A DNA stretch of 63,925 nt, filler included, from Octopus bimaculoides (GCF_001194135.2; 6 parts of 6 records of this genome joined end to end with filler, not necessarily neighbours in it); one strand, 5' to 3'; shown: positions 29,113 through 41,893, numbered from the whole stretch's first letter. Notes: a model not told the origin generated them from the sequence alone. Numbers and translations: made by a program.

Positions 29113-29589
29113 TTGTTATCCACGTTTATTAAACACACATAGCCTACAGGAATACAGCGATTTTCTTACAAGTAGTAAACTTGTTTGTTATCACTCATGT
29201 TTGTTATCACCAAAATTGTGATTTAGTATAATTTTGTGGCTGCTTTGTGGTAGCTATTTTGTGAGTCTGCTCGTGACATTATTTCAGTATGTTTAATAGT
29301 ATTGTGATATGAAATTGATATACCCAGATCAAGTGCAACAGATCTAAACAAGTAGAAGTATAATTGTCTAGATGCTTACTTGTAAGCAATTCGGCGAAAA
29401 AATATGCTACCCCACTAATTCATAGTAGAGCTCGGAAATTGTAGAAAATACACTTGACAAGTAATAATACAAAGGATGTCATTTGTAATTCGATAAACTG
29501 AAAATTGCGCGCTTTCGTTCTTTTTTTCTTTCTTTCTTTCTTTCTTCCTTTCTTATTTGCTTAACATACATGCGCATGCATCAACACAC

Positions 29590-29750
29590 ACACACATATA
29601 TAGTTGAAATTTACAGAAAAACAGAAAAACGAAAGACGAATACAGGTGTATAAACAGCAAGCAGGTGTATTAGTTTAACGTTCGTGAAGGTGAGAAAGTC
29701 TTTTACGTTTCGAACCTACGCTCTTCAGCAGAAAGGAACACAAGGAAATG
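29590..29750 (-). mobile_element. Dispersed repeat end carrying a hammerhead-like motif; related copy at 10586-10780 (+)
   Basis: Minus strand ttcctttctgctgaagagcgtaggttcgaaacgtaaaagac..aacgttaaactaatac; similar blocks at 10586-10640 and 10750-10780. Confidence 0.55.
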
Positions 29751-30396
29751 GGAGGTTATGTGCCCATGAAGTTCAGGAATGAATAAAGCAAATAACATTA
29801 TAGAAACGCAAAAAATTCACATACGAACATGAAAATCATGCGTTCCAGTTTAGATAAAATGACTTAATCAGCCTTCGCTGTCATAATTGCTGACAGGAAA
29901 AAGAAAATAGGAGAAAGGAATATTAATACTTAGGCAAGTAGTTTCATGTTCGAGCATAAACACACACACACACACATGCTTATATATACACACACATATA
30001 TATGCATACATGCACATACATATATGGACATACATATATGGACATACATATATACACAAACTCATATATGGACATACATATATACACAAACTCATATATG
30101 TAGGCACACATGTACATATACACATACATGCAGATCACACACACACATACGAAGAGAGAGAGAGACACATACACTAACACACACGCACATATATATTCAT
30201 GCATACATATATATTCACATACACATATATACATACATATATAGATACATATACATATATACATATACACATCTGGATTGTAAAGTTTCATGTCTAAATG
30301 CATGTTATTCGGATACTGTTCTTTTTTAGTATATGAAGTTTTAACTCGGGCATTAAAACGGGTCTGGGTATTAGATTTGCTTTAGTTAAGTATGGT

Positions 30397-30876
30397 TTAG
30401 ATTGTAGTATGTGAATGTGTGTTTAGCTGTATGCAGGCACCTAGGTAATTGTTTCGTAAATTGTATGTAATGCGCTCCTTTTTTAACAATATTGAAAGTG
30501 ACTCTACAGAACATAGATGGCATTTCCGGGTGAATATTTTATAGGGACTCGCATGTCTAATTATGGACAAGGTCAGGTGATATTTTGCCTTCTCTTCCAT
30601 GAGCCTCCAGATAAAATCAGCCAGTGATATTATATGCCGTTTAAGGATTTTTCTAAAACTGGTAATGTGGTTACGATATCGATTTTTGAAAATATCGGCC
30701 GATGAACCAATATATACATAGAAGCCTCCTCGAGTTTTTACGGTGCACTTATACACCACATTTTCCAAGGGACATTTGGATCTGTATCTGCATGAGAATA
30801 ACTGGATGGTTGTTTTGTTTGCTTGTGTGTAGCGACCGCTAGATGAATTGGTTCTATTAAGTGCATTCGTGGTCAT
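30397..30876 (-). mobile_element. Penelope-like GIY-YIG endonuclease remnant
   Basis: NVVYKCTV...VYIGSSADIFKNRYRNHITSF...LADFIWRL...ASPYKIFTRKCHLC. Confidence 0.82.
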
Positions 30877-31241
30877 TGTTATCCTAATTAAAGTATAATA
30901 CGAAATCCATCTCCTACTTTTAATTAATACTATATATACTGTTGCGTTTTGTGAAATCGAATCTTAATTCCTGGCCAGTGGACTGCAAAGTAGAGAAAAC
31001 TACCCATTATTATTGAAGAAGAAAATAAGAAGTAGTAATAAGAACAATACTAACGAGATTTTTTAAAGTAATATTTTGTCTGGATGCAAAGGAACGCAAC
31101 GAGAATATTAGAGAAATAAAAAGAAAAGAACAAGCAAAATATAAGGTGAATCTAAATTCATGCTGAAGCAAAGAGAGCCAGAGATAATTCGATGTGTGTA
31201 TGCGTATGTGTGTGTGTGTGTGTTAGTATGTGTGAGTGAGT

Positions 31242-31340
<99 letters not shown>

Positions 31341-33000
31341 TGTGTGTTCAATTTGTATATATGCAGGCGTAAACATTGCTGGTCAACACGTTGATAATAT
31401 TGATATATGTGATGATGATGATGATGGTAGTGATAGTGGTGGAAGCTGTGGTGATAGTGACGATAGTAAGTTTGATAACAACTGCCGCCGACGCTAAGAT
31501 GGTGAAGTTGAAGTTTATAATAGTGGTGGTTGTGATGATGGTGTGGTTCTGCTGATTATGCCAGTCAGTTGTAGTGGTGGTGGTGATGGTATCGTTGTTG
31601 CTGTTGTTGCCGTTGGTGGTGGTGGTGGTTATGGTCTTCGACTTTCTTGAATGATTAGTATTTGCAAGTATCACAAGGAGGAAATGAAAAGAAACAAGTA
31701 AACAAGAAAAAAAAAATACAAAAAAATGTTAGTCAACAGTTTATTGGTACTGGTGGCTGGAACAATTTGCTACTGAGGTTAGAGTACTTAAATGGTTCCG
31801 TCAAAAGATTTACATGTCTGAGTACATAAGTCGATGTTAGTGTTTTATTTTCTCGCGGAATGAAACAATAGCATAAACATTGTAACTAATAATATTAGCA
31901 AAATCTTAGAAGGAAATAAGTATATATTTTTATGTAATAAATAAAATATATAATGTAAAAGGAAAAATAATGGGAAATAATTTAAGGGGTAAGAAATTGA
32001 GACGAAGTAAGAGTGATAGACACGGCGTAATATAAGTAAAGAAAAGCGTCAAATGAAAATAAAAGTAAGATTAAAAATGAAAACAAGAAATGAATTAATA
32101 AGAATGTATTAAGTATTTATTATCAGATAAACGTCAGTGTTATTATCCAAAATAAAACGTTCTTTATAAAATTCTGAAATAGAGATAAATATCCAGAGAA
32201 CAATATACTGATTCTTAGAATGAGAACAGAAAATAAGAAGATAGAAAAAAAACAACCTAAAAATCATATTAAAAACTACAGTAGAATCTGAAATGGTAAA
32301 GCTAAAATTACTGTTGAGACGTCCGATATATGAATATTATGATGTAGCATGCATACAAAAATGCAATGTTCATAGTTGATAAAAGTTGTAGAAATTGGAG
32401 GGAAAGTCTCTATAAAAAAAATATTAGTTCAATGTTGTACCTCTTTTATGTACACTGCACAAATATTATTGAAAACTACGAGAGTCACGTAAATACTTTC
32501 TGTATTTTTGTGTGTATTTGCGCCTGGTATTTTGTCTAAAGTAGCAAATCAGAATATTTTAAATGCACACCAGTGTAGACAAATACAGCGATGAGAGTTG
32601 TAGTTCCAAATTTAAATGTTGCTCAATGTCTAGTTTTAACGGAGAATGTCAATATATCGATATATCGAATTCAGTACTCACACATACACACACATACAAA
32701 CGAACATATGTAAGTATCCATAGAGAGTCAGAGAAAAGACTTACATACGCACAGACGGAAAGTCACACAGACATAAATGCAAGCATATATTATATAGACA
32801 AAGAGAGAGAGAGATAGAGATTGAAAGAGAGAGCACCTGAGATGGAGAGAAGAAAGAGCATGTAAAGGCCCGTGTATATTCTTCTCTATATATGTAAATG
32901 CATATATATGCATACACATAGTGTGTGTTTCCCTAACTCTTCCTCTTATATTATATATTTCCTACTTTCACTCTATCTCTTTCTATCTATTTCCCGCTCC

Positions 33001-33086
<86 letters not shown>

Positions 33087-34093
33087 ATGAACAGACACAT
33101 ACACAATCGCACATACAAATGAGGAGGTAAAGGAAGGTGGAGGGGGGGGGTAAAAGAAAACAAAAACTGTGCAGCTGTAGACGTGAAATAACATGAAGTA
33201 TAAATGTAGGCTTATTTTGAGATATAAGTTGTTGCTAGAGCTCAAAATATGACGCGAAATTCAGATAATGTAAGGGAGGGAGAAAAGAAGAAGTGGAATA
33301 AGTACATGAACAAGCTAAAGAATTAGGAAGACAAATGGCTTGTTTGTTAAGCAACATATATTGGTCATTTACTAGCAAACAGCCGAAATTAAAGTTAACT
33401 ATATCAGCAGAAGCAAAGCAAACATTGCAGAAAAATATAAAGTTATAAAAATAAACATGCATTGCTATTTACGAGTTAAATAATTATTTTGAAGAGTGTA
33501 TGACTTAATAAAATCTTTGAGAAGATTTGCCAACTCAACTTTGTTTAGAATGTTCGTATATTATGAGAGATTTTATTGTATAATAATCTTTTGTTCCGTA
33601 CCTACGTAAGAGCTGAGTAAATGGTTATAGGTTTTGCAAAACAAAGACTAACAGGATTTAGATAATGTAAAACCCAACATAGAAAGATAAGGATTCATTT
33701 ATACATGTTAATGTATATTGCTTATAAATAGAGAAGAAACTACATATAACAACCGACCTATCGGTGCTATGTGTCCTAGTCACCTAATAATTACATGGCT
33801 TTACTTTCTACAGCTTAAGACATTTGACTCACATACTGACCCAGTCGACCATGCTGGAAATGGAGCTATTGCGAAATAAGCCAACTACACACACACACAC
33901 TCTCTCACTCACTCCCGCTTCGTCTCTCTTTCTCCCTGTGTTTTTCTTTCTTATGCGCTTGTGTATGTGTGTAAAATGTAAGTACATGTATATGTATATG
34001 CTCAAATATATGCATACACATACTTCCACAAAACGCTCAAACCTCACACACATACACACACACACACAGATTAGTGGTTGTTTTTATGTCAAA

Positions 34094-34184
34094 CTAGCAG
34101 AAATACCCGGCGTTGCCCGGGTTAAAGAGAATAATGATATCTAAAAACGCCGTCTAGACTACGCATCATCTTTATATATAGAGA
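34094..34184 (-). mobile_element. Miniature non-autonomous Helitron, 91 bp
   Basis: Minus strand A|TCTCTATATATAAAG...CCCGG-GCAACG-CCGGG-TATTTCTG-CTAG|T: 5' TC, subterminal hairpin, 3' CTAG, A/T insertion site. Confidence 0.8.
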
Positions 34185-34512
34185 TGTATATACACACACG
34201 CACCCAAACACACGTATATATATGTATATCAATATAAATATATGAAAGTCAATGAAGTTTCGTAAAAGAAGGTGATCATGTACATACTTTCTTGCTGTTG
34301 TGATTTATAACACCTCATTGTAAAGTATGTTCCTTGTTTTCCCTTGTGGAGCATATACAAATCGGTTTTTTGTTGCTGCCCACTCTTGAGCAGCCAACAT
34401 ACAGTTGTCCATNNNNNNNNNNNNNNNNNNNNNNNNNNNNNNNNNNNNNNNNNNNNTTAATTAATTAANNNNNNNNNNNNNNNNNNNNNNNNNNNNNNNN
34501 NNNNNNNNNNNN

Positions 34513-35944
34513 TCGTACTTACGTACGTACGTACGTTTGTTCGTTCGTTTCTTCGTTCGTACGTACGTTCTTTTCTTCGTTCGTACGTACGTACATTCTT
34601 TCGTTAATTCCTGCCCACGTAATACGTACGTACGTTCTTTTATCGTACGTTCTTTTATCGTACGTTCGTTCGTACGTCCGTTCTTTCGTTATTTCCTGCC
34701 TACGTACGTACGTTTATATGTACGTACGTACGTTTATATGTACGTTCCTTCGTACTTACGTACGTAGTTCGTTCTTTCATTAGTTCGTACATACGTACGT
34801 ACGTTCGTTCGATCGTTCATACGTACGTTCGTTCCTTCATTCGGACGTTTATACGTTCTTTTTTTCGTTCCTTCTTTCCTACGTATGTTCGTTCGTTCGT
34901 TTGGTAGGTCGTAAGTACGTACGTACATTTATTCTTTTGTTCGTTTGTTCGTACGTACGTTCGTTCACAAGTACTTTCGTTCGTTCGTACGTTCTTTCCT
35001 GCCTACGTAATACGTATGTTCGTTCGTTCCTTCGTACGTACGTTCGTTCGTAATTACGTACGTTCGTTTATTCGCTCGTTCGTTCGTTCTTACGTACGTA
35101 CGTACGTTTGTTCGTTCGTCCGTTCATTCATTCGTTCGTTCGTTATTTCCTACCTACGTACGTACGCACGTTAGTTCGTGCGTCGTTCGTTTGTTCCTTC
35201 GTTCGTTCGTACGTTCTTCCATTATTTCTTCCCTGCGTACATTCGTTCGTACGTACGAACGTGTGTATGTACGTTCGTTCGTACTTACGTACGTGCGTTC
35301 GTTCTTTCATTCGTTCGCACGTACGTTCTTTCGATCGTTCACACGTACGTAAGTTCGTTCGTACGTACGTACGTTCTTTCGTTATTTCCTTTCTGCGTAC
35401 GTACGTTCGTTCCTTCAATCCTTCGTACGTACGTACGTATATATGTACGTTCGTTCGTACTTACGTAGTACGTTCGTTCGTTCGTACGTACGTTCATTCG
35501 TTCCTAAGTACGTACGTTCTTTCGTTATTTCCTGCCTACGTAATACGTACGTACGTTCATTCGTTCGTACTTGCTTACGTACGTACTTTCGTTCGTTTCT
35601 TCGTTCGTACGTACGTTCTTTCGTTAATTCCTGCCTACGTAATACGTACGTACGTACGTTCGTTCCTTCATTCGTACATTCTTTCATTCGTACGTTTGTA
35701 CGTTCCTTCCTTCCTACGTACGTTCGTTCGTTCGGTCGGTCGTAAGTACGTACGTACGTTTATTTGTTTGTTTGTTCGTTCGTTTGTTCGTACGTACGTT
35801 CGTTCACACGTACTTTCCTTCGTTCATACGTTCTTAAATAAATAAATATATATATAAATCAATAAATATATATATAAATCAAATAAATAAATATATGTAT
35901 ATATAAATATATATAAATAAATAAATATATATAAATATAAATAA

Positions 35945-35979
<35 letters not shown>

Positions 35980-36872
35980 AATAAATAAATATATATATAT
36001 TCGTTCGTTCGTTCTTACGTACCTACGTACGTATGTTTGTTCGTTCGTTCGTTCATACGTTCTTTCGTTATTTCCTACCTACGTACGTAGGCTCGTTCGT
36101 TCGTACGTTCGTTTGTTCGTTCGAACGTACGTATATACGTACGTACTTTCGATGGTACGTTCGTTCCTTCAATCGTTGTCGTTCGTTCGTTCGATCGTTA
36201 GTTCTTTCGTTCGTCCATTCGTACGTACGTACGTTCGTTCGTTTGTTTGTTCGTACGAACGTATGTTCGTACGAACGTATGTTCGTATGAACGTATGTTC
36301 GTTCGTTCGTACGAACGTAACTACGTACGTACGTAAGTTCCTTTGTTCTTTTGTTCGTTCTTTCGTTCATTCGTACGTACGCACGTACGATCGTTCGTTA
36401 ATTCGTTCGTTCATACTTACGTAAGTACGTTCGTTCTTTAATTCGTTCGATTGTTCATTCGTACGTTCGTTCGTTCGTTCGTTCGAACGCACGTACGTAC
36501 GTACGTACGTACGTACGATCGTTCGTTCGTTCGTTCGTTAGGTCTTTCGTTCATTCATACGTACGTACGATCGTTCGTTATTTCGTTCGTTCTTACGTAA
36601 GTACGTTCGATCTTTAATTCGTTCGATTGTTCGTTCGTTCTTTCGTACTTACGTACGTTCTTTCGTTATTTCTTCCTCGCGCACGTACGTTTGTTCGTAC
36701 GTACGTAGTACGTTTGTTCGTACGTACGTACGTACGTTCTTTCGTTATTTCCTTCCTGCTTACGTACGTTCGTTCCTTCAATCGTTCATACGTACGTACG
36801 TGTATATGTACGTTCGTTCGTTCGTACGTTCGTTTGTTCTTTCATACGTACGTTCGTTCGTTATTTCCTGCC
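34513..36872. repeat. Cryptic (TACG/TTCG)n satellite with a recurring ttctttcgttatttcctgcctacgt motif
   Basis: Directly visible; interrupted by an almost A/T-only tract at about 35836-36000. Confidence 0.9.
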
Positions 36873-37131
36873 NNNNNNNNNNNNNNNNNNNNNNNNNNNN
36901 NNNNNNNNNNNNNNNNNNNNNNNNNNNNNNNNNNNNNNNNNNNNNNNNNNNNNNNNNNNNNNNNNNNNNNNNCGCAACAATAAGAACTAAGATGTTGATT
37001 AACTAACTTTTGTTTGTCTATTTTATAAACTGAACAATAATTAATAAAACTCAACAGCTTCTCCCTGCAACCCCCACCCATACATTAGAAATAAAATAAA
37101 AGAAAGACACAACCAAATAAAAATGACTCAA

Positions 37132-37481
37132 TTACCTAGTGGGGCATTTGGAATACTGTAGAAATATATGATCAATGGCCATATCATTTGTATAATGTCC
37201 ACTTCGGATTGCAAGGAATGATATCCTCATGTTTTTGCTGGTTGGGAGCGTAACACATTTATAATGCCACAACTTTCCTTGGTCTCCTGTTTTCTGCCAG
37301 AGTATAGTGTCATGTGCAATGTCTAACTGATTGACCATCAGCTGCAACGTGCCCATCTGTTCGCCATACATGCTGTAATAAAAGGTAAGGCTTGCAACAG
37401 TGCTGACTGTGAAATTTGGTGAAGTGAATGCTGCAATGTCACCTTCTTCTCCTTTCGATCCCTCAGTATACATGTATGATC
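37132..37481 (-). CDS. Exon s: MAM domain 3, C-terminal part; probable last coding exon
   Basis: SYMYTEGS...LTFYYSMYGEQMGTLQL...LWQKTGDQGKLWH...DMAIDHIFLQYSKCPTR*; the stop overlaps a possible AG|GTAATT donor. Confidence 0.88.
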
Positions 37482-37792
37482 CTAAAATGGAAACAAAAAT
37501 ACTGATAATATCCTCAATTCTAGAATCATAGTAAACACAACAGCAGATGATAAACTCTCAGTCACTGTCTTGATTTGCAGTTTTAGGGATCACATTAATC
37601 TAATACAATTGTTTGGGTAGGACTCTTACAGCAACTCCTTTCTTAACATTCTTAAAGTCAATCACAATAATCACTAAGCAGGAAACAATCGATAAATTTA
37701 CTCTGTTTATTGCACAAATTAATCTCCACACAAGTATAAAATGTCAAGACAAAATTCTTACTCAAGGAACACACACACACACGTGTATGTAA

Positions 37793-37843
<51 letters not shown>

Positions 37844-37878
37844 TGTATTACATTTATGAATATATATAAATACATATA

Positions 37879-37970
<92 letters not shown>

Positions 37971-38360
37971 CAAACAAACAAACAAACAAACATGCATATA
38001 TGCATTTGTAATTTGGAGCCTGAATGGTAGAAACATTCATTATGGTAGCCATAAATGTAAGGGCCAATTCTTATAATGGTAATAAAATGCAATGATGGAA
38101 GCAATGAAGATCCTTTTTGCTAAGGGTCCAATTTTGAATATGAATTCTGAACTCCTATCAATATGCAAGCAGAAGAATGATAAAACCTCCTTGTTACAGT
38201 TCAATGGATGCTACACTTCAGTCACTTTTATATCTAAAATCTTGTATTTTTATGTTCCTACAGAATATGTATGGACTGTAATTTTGATATATACGTGAGT
38301 GTGTGTGCATATACATATATGTATGTATATATTTATATGCCATTCAGGTGAGATACATAC

Positions 38361-38507
38361 CAGTCTTGTTAAAGGGGTCATTTGATGGCCCTGTATTAGC
38401 AGAAGGTGTTGTACCCGATACTCGAATCCATGTGAATTTTGTGCCATTACTCTTATAACCGCATTTGAACTCCTTTTCAAAAGAGCAGTTTACATTTTTG
38501 TAAATAT
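38361..38507 (-). CDS. Exon r: MAM domain 3, N-terminal part (not in ORF track)
   Basis: IYKNVNCSFEKEFKCGYKSNGTKFTWIRVSGTTPSANTGPSNDPFNKT (TPSxxTGP motif); phase 1-1. Confidence 0.92.
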
Positions 38508-38848
38508 CTGAGAAAGTAGAAACAAAACAGATTTACAAGTATGTCTGTGTAAAGAATACACAATTGCAAGAGAGGGAAGAAAGAATAAAATAATTTCAAA
38601 TTATATGAGGCATAATTTTCATGACAATCTACAACATGGCCATGAATTCAAACTTTCCTGTAGCTATTGTTCTTAAGAATGACTTAATCTGTCTGATTAT
38701 ATGCATTGCTAAGTGACTATCAGCATATAAAAGTGTTACAAGATTTCAAAGGAACAACAGAAAAGAAATGGTGGGGAAAATAAAGAAAGAGATACATTAA
38801 AACGATATAATTCTTAGTTGCGAGATGAGAGAAAAATCAAAAACTTAC

Positions 38849-38959
38849 CACAATGCCGAATCTCATCACTCCCATCAGTACAGTCATTTTCTCCATTGCA
38901 AGTCTTTGAGTAACTTATGCAGATGTCAGAGTCACATTGGAATTCATCATTTCTGCATT
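38849..38959 (-). CDS. Exon q: LDLa repeat 5 (not in ORF track)
   Basis: CRNDEFQCDSDICISYSKTCNGENDCTDGSDEIRHC; phase 1-1, 111 nt. Confidence 0.92.
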
Positions 38960-39175
38960 CTAATGATAAAAAGAGAATTGATTAATCAAGGATTATGAAG
39001 AAAAGATAAGAGAAATTAATTCTAGTGTCTATGTGTCTGTATTATAATATAATATCAAGAAGACAGATTGACCAAACAGTTTCAACACAGTAGTTTCTAT
39101 CCACGACCTTGTACTTACTACACATAGCTAAAACTTATGTCAAGATTTTGCCAACATGTGTCAGATAAAACTTAC

Positions 39176-39286
39176 TGCATTTTTTCTCATCACTGGAATC
39201 AAGGCAATCAATAACACGGTCACACTGCTTAGATGAATGGTAGCACATATCTCCAGATTTACAAGGCAACCATTCTGGTTCACAAC
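39176..39286 (-). CDS. Exon p: LDLa repeat 4
   Basis: CEPEWLPCKSGDMCYHSSKQCDRVIDCLDSSDEKKC; phase 1-1, 111 nt. Confidence 0.92.
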
Positions 39287-39626
39287 CTGAAAAAAAATAA
39301 ATGAAACAATGAAGATTCTTCGTTGTATGAGAAATGATGTTAAATATATTTGTGATTGTTTTTGTCATTGGTATAACTAAATAATTCTTGGTAGCCTGGC
39401 ATGGGTCAAACATCCATCACAAATAAAAATCCTAATTAAACCTTTCAATCTTTCACTGGTGTTTCTTCCAATGATCCTAAATAGATTAGCAGAAAAGATT
39501 ACCTTGAAGGGATTTAAGTATACACTGGAGTATGTTGTTAATTAGTTTCTCATATACACTTTGAAAATTAGTACTTAAAAAAAAAAAAAGAGACAAGGAA
39601 TACTTTTAAGAGATAGAAATACTTAC

Positions 39627-39840
39627 TCAGATTTTGGCAGGCACCTCTTTCGATACTGATATCATCAATCATAACTCGGCGCTTTGTTGAGGAGTCTAGT
39701 ACTTTGCCGATCACATCAAAATAAAGCTCTGTTTCTTGACCAACAGATGGTAACGTCAGTTGTACTTTTGACCACTTAACAATCGATGTTTTGTTGTAGG
39801 TCCAGAGAATTAATTTTTCTGAGTGATTCCTGAGACTGAC
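39627..39840 (-). CDS. Exon o: MAM domain 2, C-terminal part (not in ORF track)
   Basis: VSLRNHSEKLILWTYNKTSIVKWSKVQLTLPS...RVMIDDISIERGACQNL; phase 0-1, gtaag donor. Confidence 0.9.
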
Positions 39841-40483
39841 CTATCAAAAGGTGTAAACATGAGGGTTAGATGTGTGCAGCTTTTAGGGATGGGGAGAAAA
39901 ATGAAGATGGTGGAGATGATGATGATGAAGACGATGATTTATCAATTCCTAAGCACTGCACATACACCTGACTCAGCCCTAATTAACAACCATCACCAAA
40001 AATTAATAGAAGCTTTAAAGTAGAAAAGATGAATTCATATATGAACCATCGTAACAAATCAGTGCTGGCTCTAATTTCTAAAGAGAATCTTTAGAGATAA
40101 TGTTTATAAGTGATTGAATCATGCAGGTAGGACACATTATTGACTTATAAGCCTTTAACAGACTTGGTCGTATAATGAAATAGGGTGTGCCTACAAGCAA
40201 TTAACGTTCATTCATGAACAAACAGTCAGAAAGGCAACCATAATGAGGAGGTTGAAGTGAATCTTTAAACATCCTTTTGTCATTGTAAACAAAAAAACAG
40301 AAAATTTCATTTTCTAAGAAAAGTGTGTCACAAAGGCCTTGAGTGCTTCTATTGTAGAGTCACAGCTGTTTTAAAAACAAGCTCTGAACAGTGAAGTGGT
40401 TATATTAAAACAAAGAAAAATAAATGTTTAAAATTGTTTCATACATATATTAGAGTCAAAGGCATGGGAAGTCCTTTATTTAC

Positions 40484-40620
40484 CTGCATATTTGCAGTTG
40501 ATTCATACTTGAGATAAAAATTAAGACAGTGAGGTATGTTGTCTTGTCTCAGATTTAATACCATTCTTTGTACCCATGGTTCTAAGGTTTCATAATGTGT
40601 TCGGGCATAAGCCAACATAC
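40484..40620 (-). CDS. Exon n: MAM domain 2, middle part
   Basis: MLAYARTHYETLEPWVQRMVLNLRQDNIPHCLNFYLKYESTANMQ (CLxFY motif); phase 1-0. Confidence 0.85.
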
Positions 40621-40969
40621 CTACAAAAGAAGACAAAAATGTCAGTTTGTTACCAATTGGTTCAACACAGCTTGAAATAAGGGCAGATAGAATACAAAGT
40701 GAATGACAATGTTATAACTACCAGAAAGAGTTAAATTAAAAATAAGAAATGCTCTTTACTTTTCTGTCTCCATTTAGCTTCATAGTTAACAGGTAAAAAC
40801 TTACATTTTACAGTTGAAATTACTATTAAGCAGGAAAGGTAAATGGAGTTTGTAAAACTTTTGTTTGCCTTTTTACTGGAACCACATGGAAATATTCTCA
40901 TTTTAAAAACAATCCAACACTTGTGTTGTCATTTAAGAAATAGGTACAAAATGTAGCCCTTTCACTTAC

Positions 40970-41104
40970 CTGAGCTTGCTTTTGATGTATGATCAAGTGT
41001 CTCAGTAAAACTGGCAGGTACAAAGATCCAACTGTAGTCTACCTCTGGTGATTCTCCAATTCCACACAACACTCCATCGTTAAAGTTACAGTGATAGGAG
41101 GAAT
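40970..41104 (-). CDS. Exon m: MAM domain 2, N-terminal part
   Basis: SSYHCNFNDGVLCGIGESPEVDYSWIFVPASFTETLDHTSKASS; phase 1-1. Confidence 0.88.
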
Positions 41105-41764
41105 CTAGTGAAAGTAAGAAACAAATTAAATCAAAACAACATATAAAATATTCTTGAAAAACCATTTAACTTGGAATTACAGGCTGATAAAAGGATGTAG
41201 TGGAGAGTCAAATGGCTCCAGGGACAGAGAGAGAGATGCTGGACATTCTATTTATGAGACTTGAATTCAAATCCAGAGCAGGTGTCACACAATTCTCCTA
41301 AAACCTAAATTTTGGGGGAGGATTAATCATTCATTGATGGCAGCGTCTGATCATGAAAGATCCAATAATTGACTTTCTATTCTGTAAGATGAATAAATAT
41401 TATCTTGTTTAATTCATAATTCAGGAAGAAGCAACTGGATCCTCTGATCATTCAGCTGTGTTGATGGGTATTTTTTGCACCTGGGTTTCTTACAAACTCG
41501 TATTAGCTTGAACAGAATGTTTCATCTATGAACTGGGTAATACAGAGAAGTTGGATATCTAGTCAAATAAAGATTGTGTTTGTAGGTATTAATGTCAGAG
41601 TATTGAATAAATTAAAGTATTTTTATATGTGTGTATATATATATTAATGAATTATAAGACAAGTGAGTTTGTTTACACAAAGATGTATTTACCTTGACAT
41701 CAGACAGCTTTGAGAGAAATGTCTATATCCCTACAAACACAAATAAATTCAGATTTTTTTTTAC

Positions 41765-41893
41765 CTGTACAATTGATTTCATCACTTGATGTTTTCCCAC
41801 AATGATTCAGGATGTTACATTTGGTTTCATTTCGTAGACACAGAGCATTGTCACCTTTCTCTTGATAGCAAGAGATCTCATTCTGGAGACAAC
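41765..41893 (-). CDS. Exon l: divergent LDLa repeat 3
   Basis: CLQNEISCYQEKGDNALCLRNETKCNILNHCGKTSSDEINCT; six Cys and SDE motif; phase 1-1. Confidence 0.85.

Noticed and set aside
34513-36872. CRISPR-like array
   Set aside because: Recurring motifs are degenerate, the intervening sequence is the same low-complexity repeat rather than unique spacers, and the context is eukaryotic.
34537-36983. VRTY/FVRS-repeat ORFs (also 62149-63763)
   Set aside because: Stop-poor frames produced by the TACG satellite, open on both strands.
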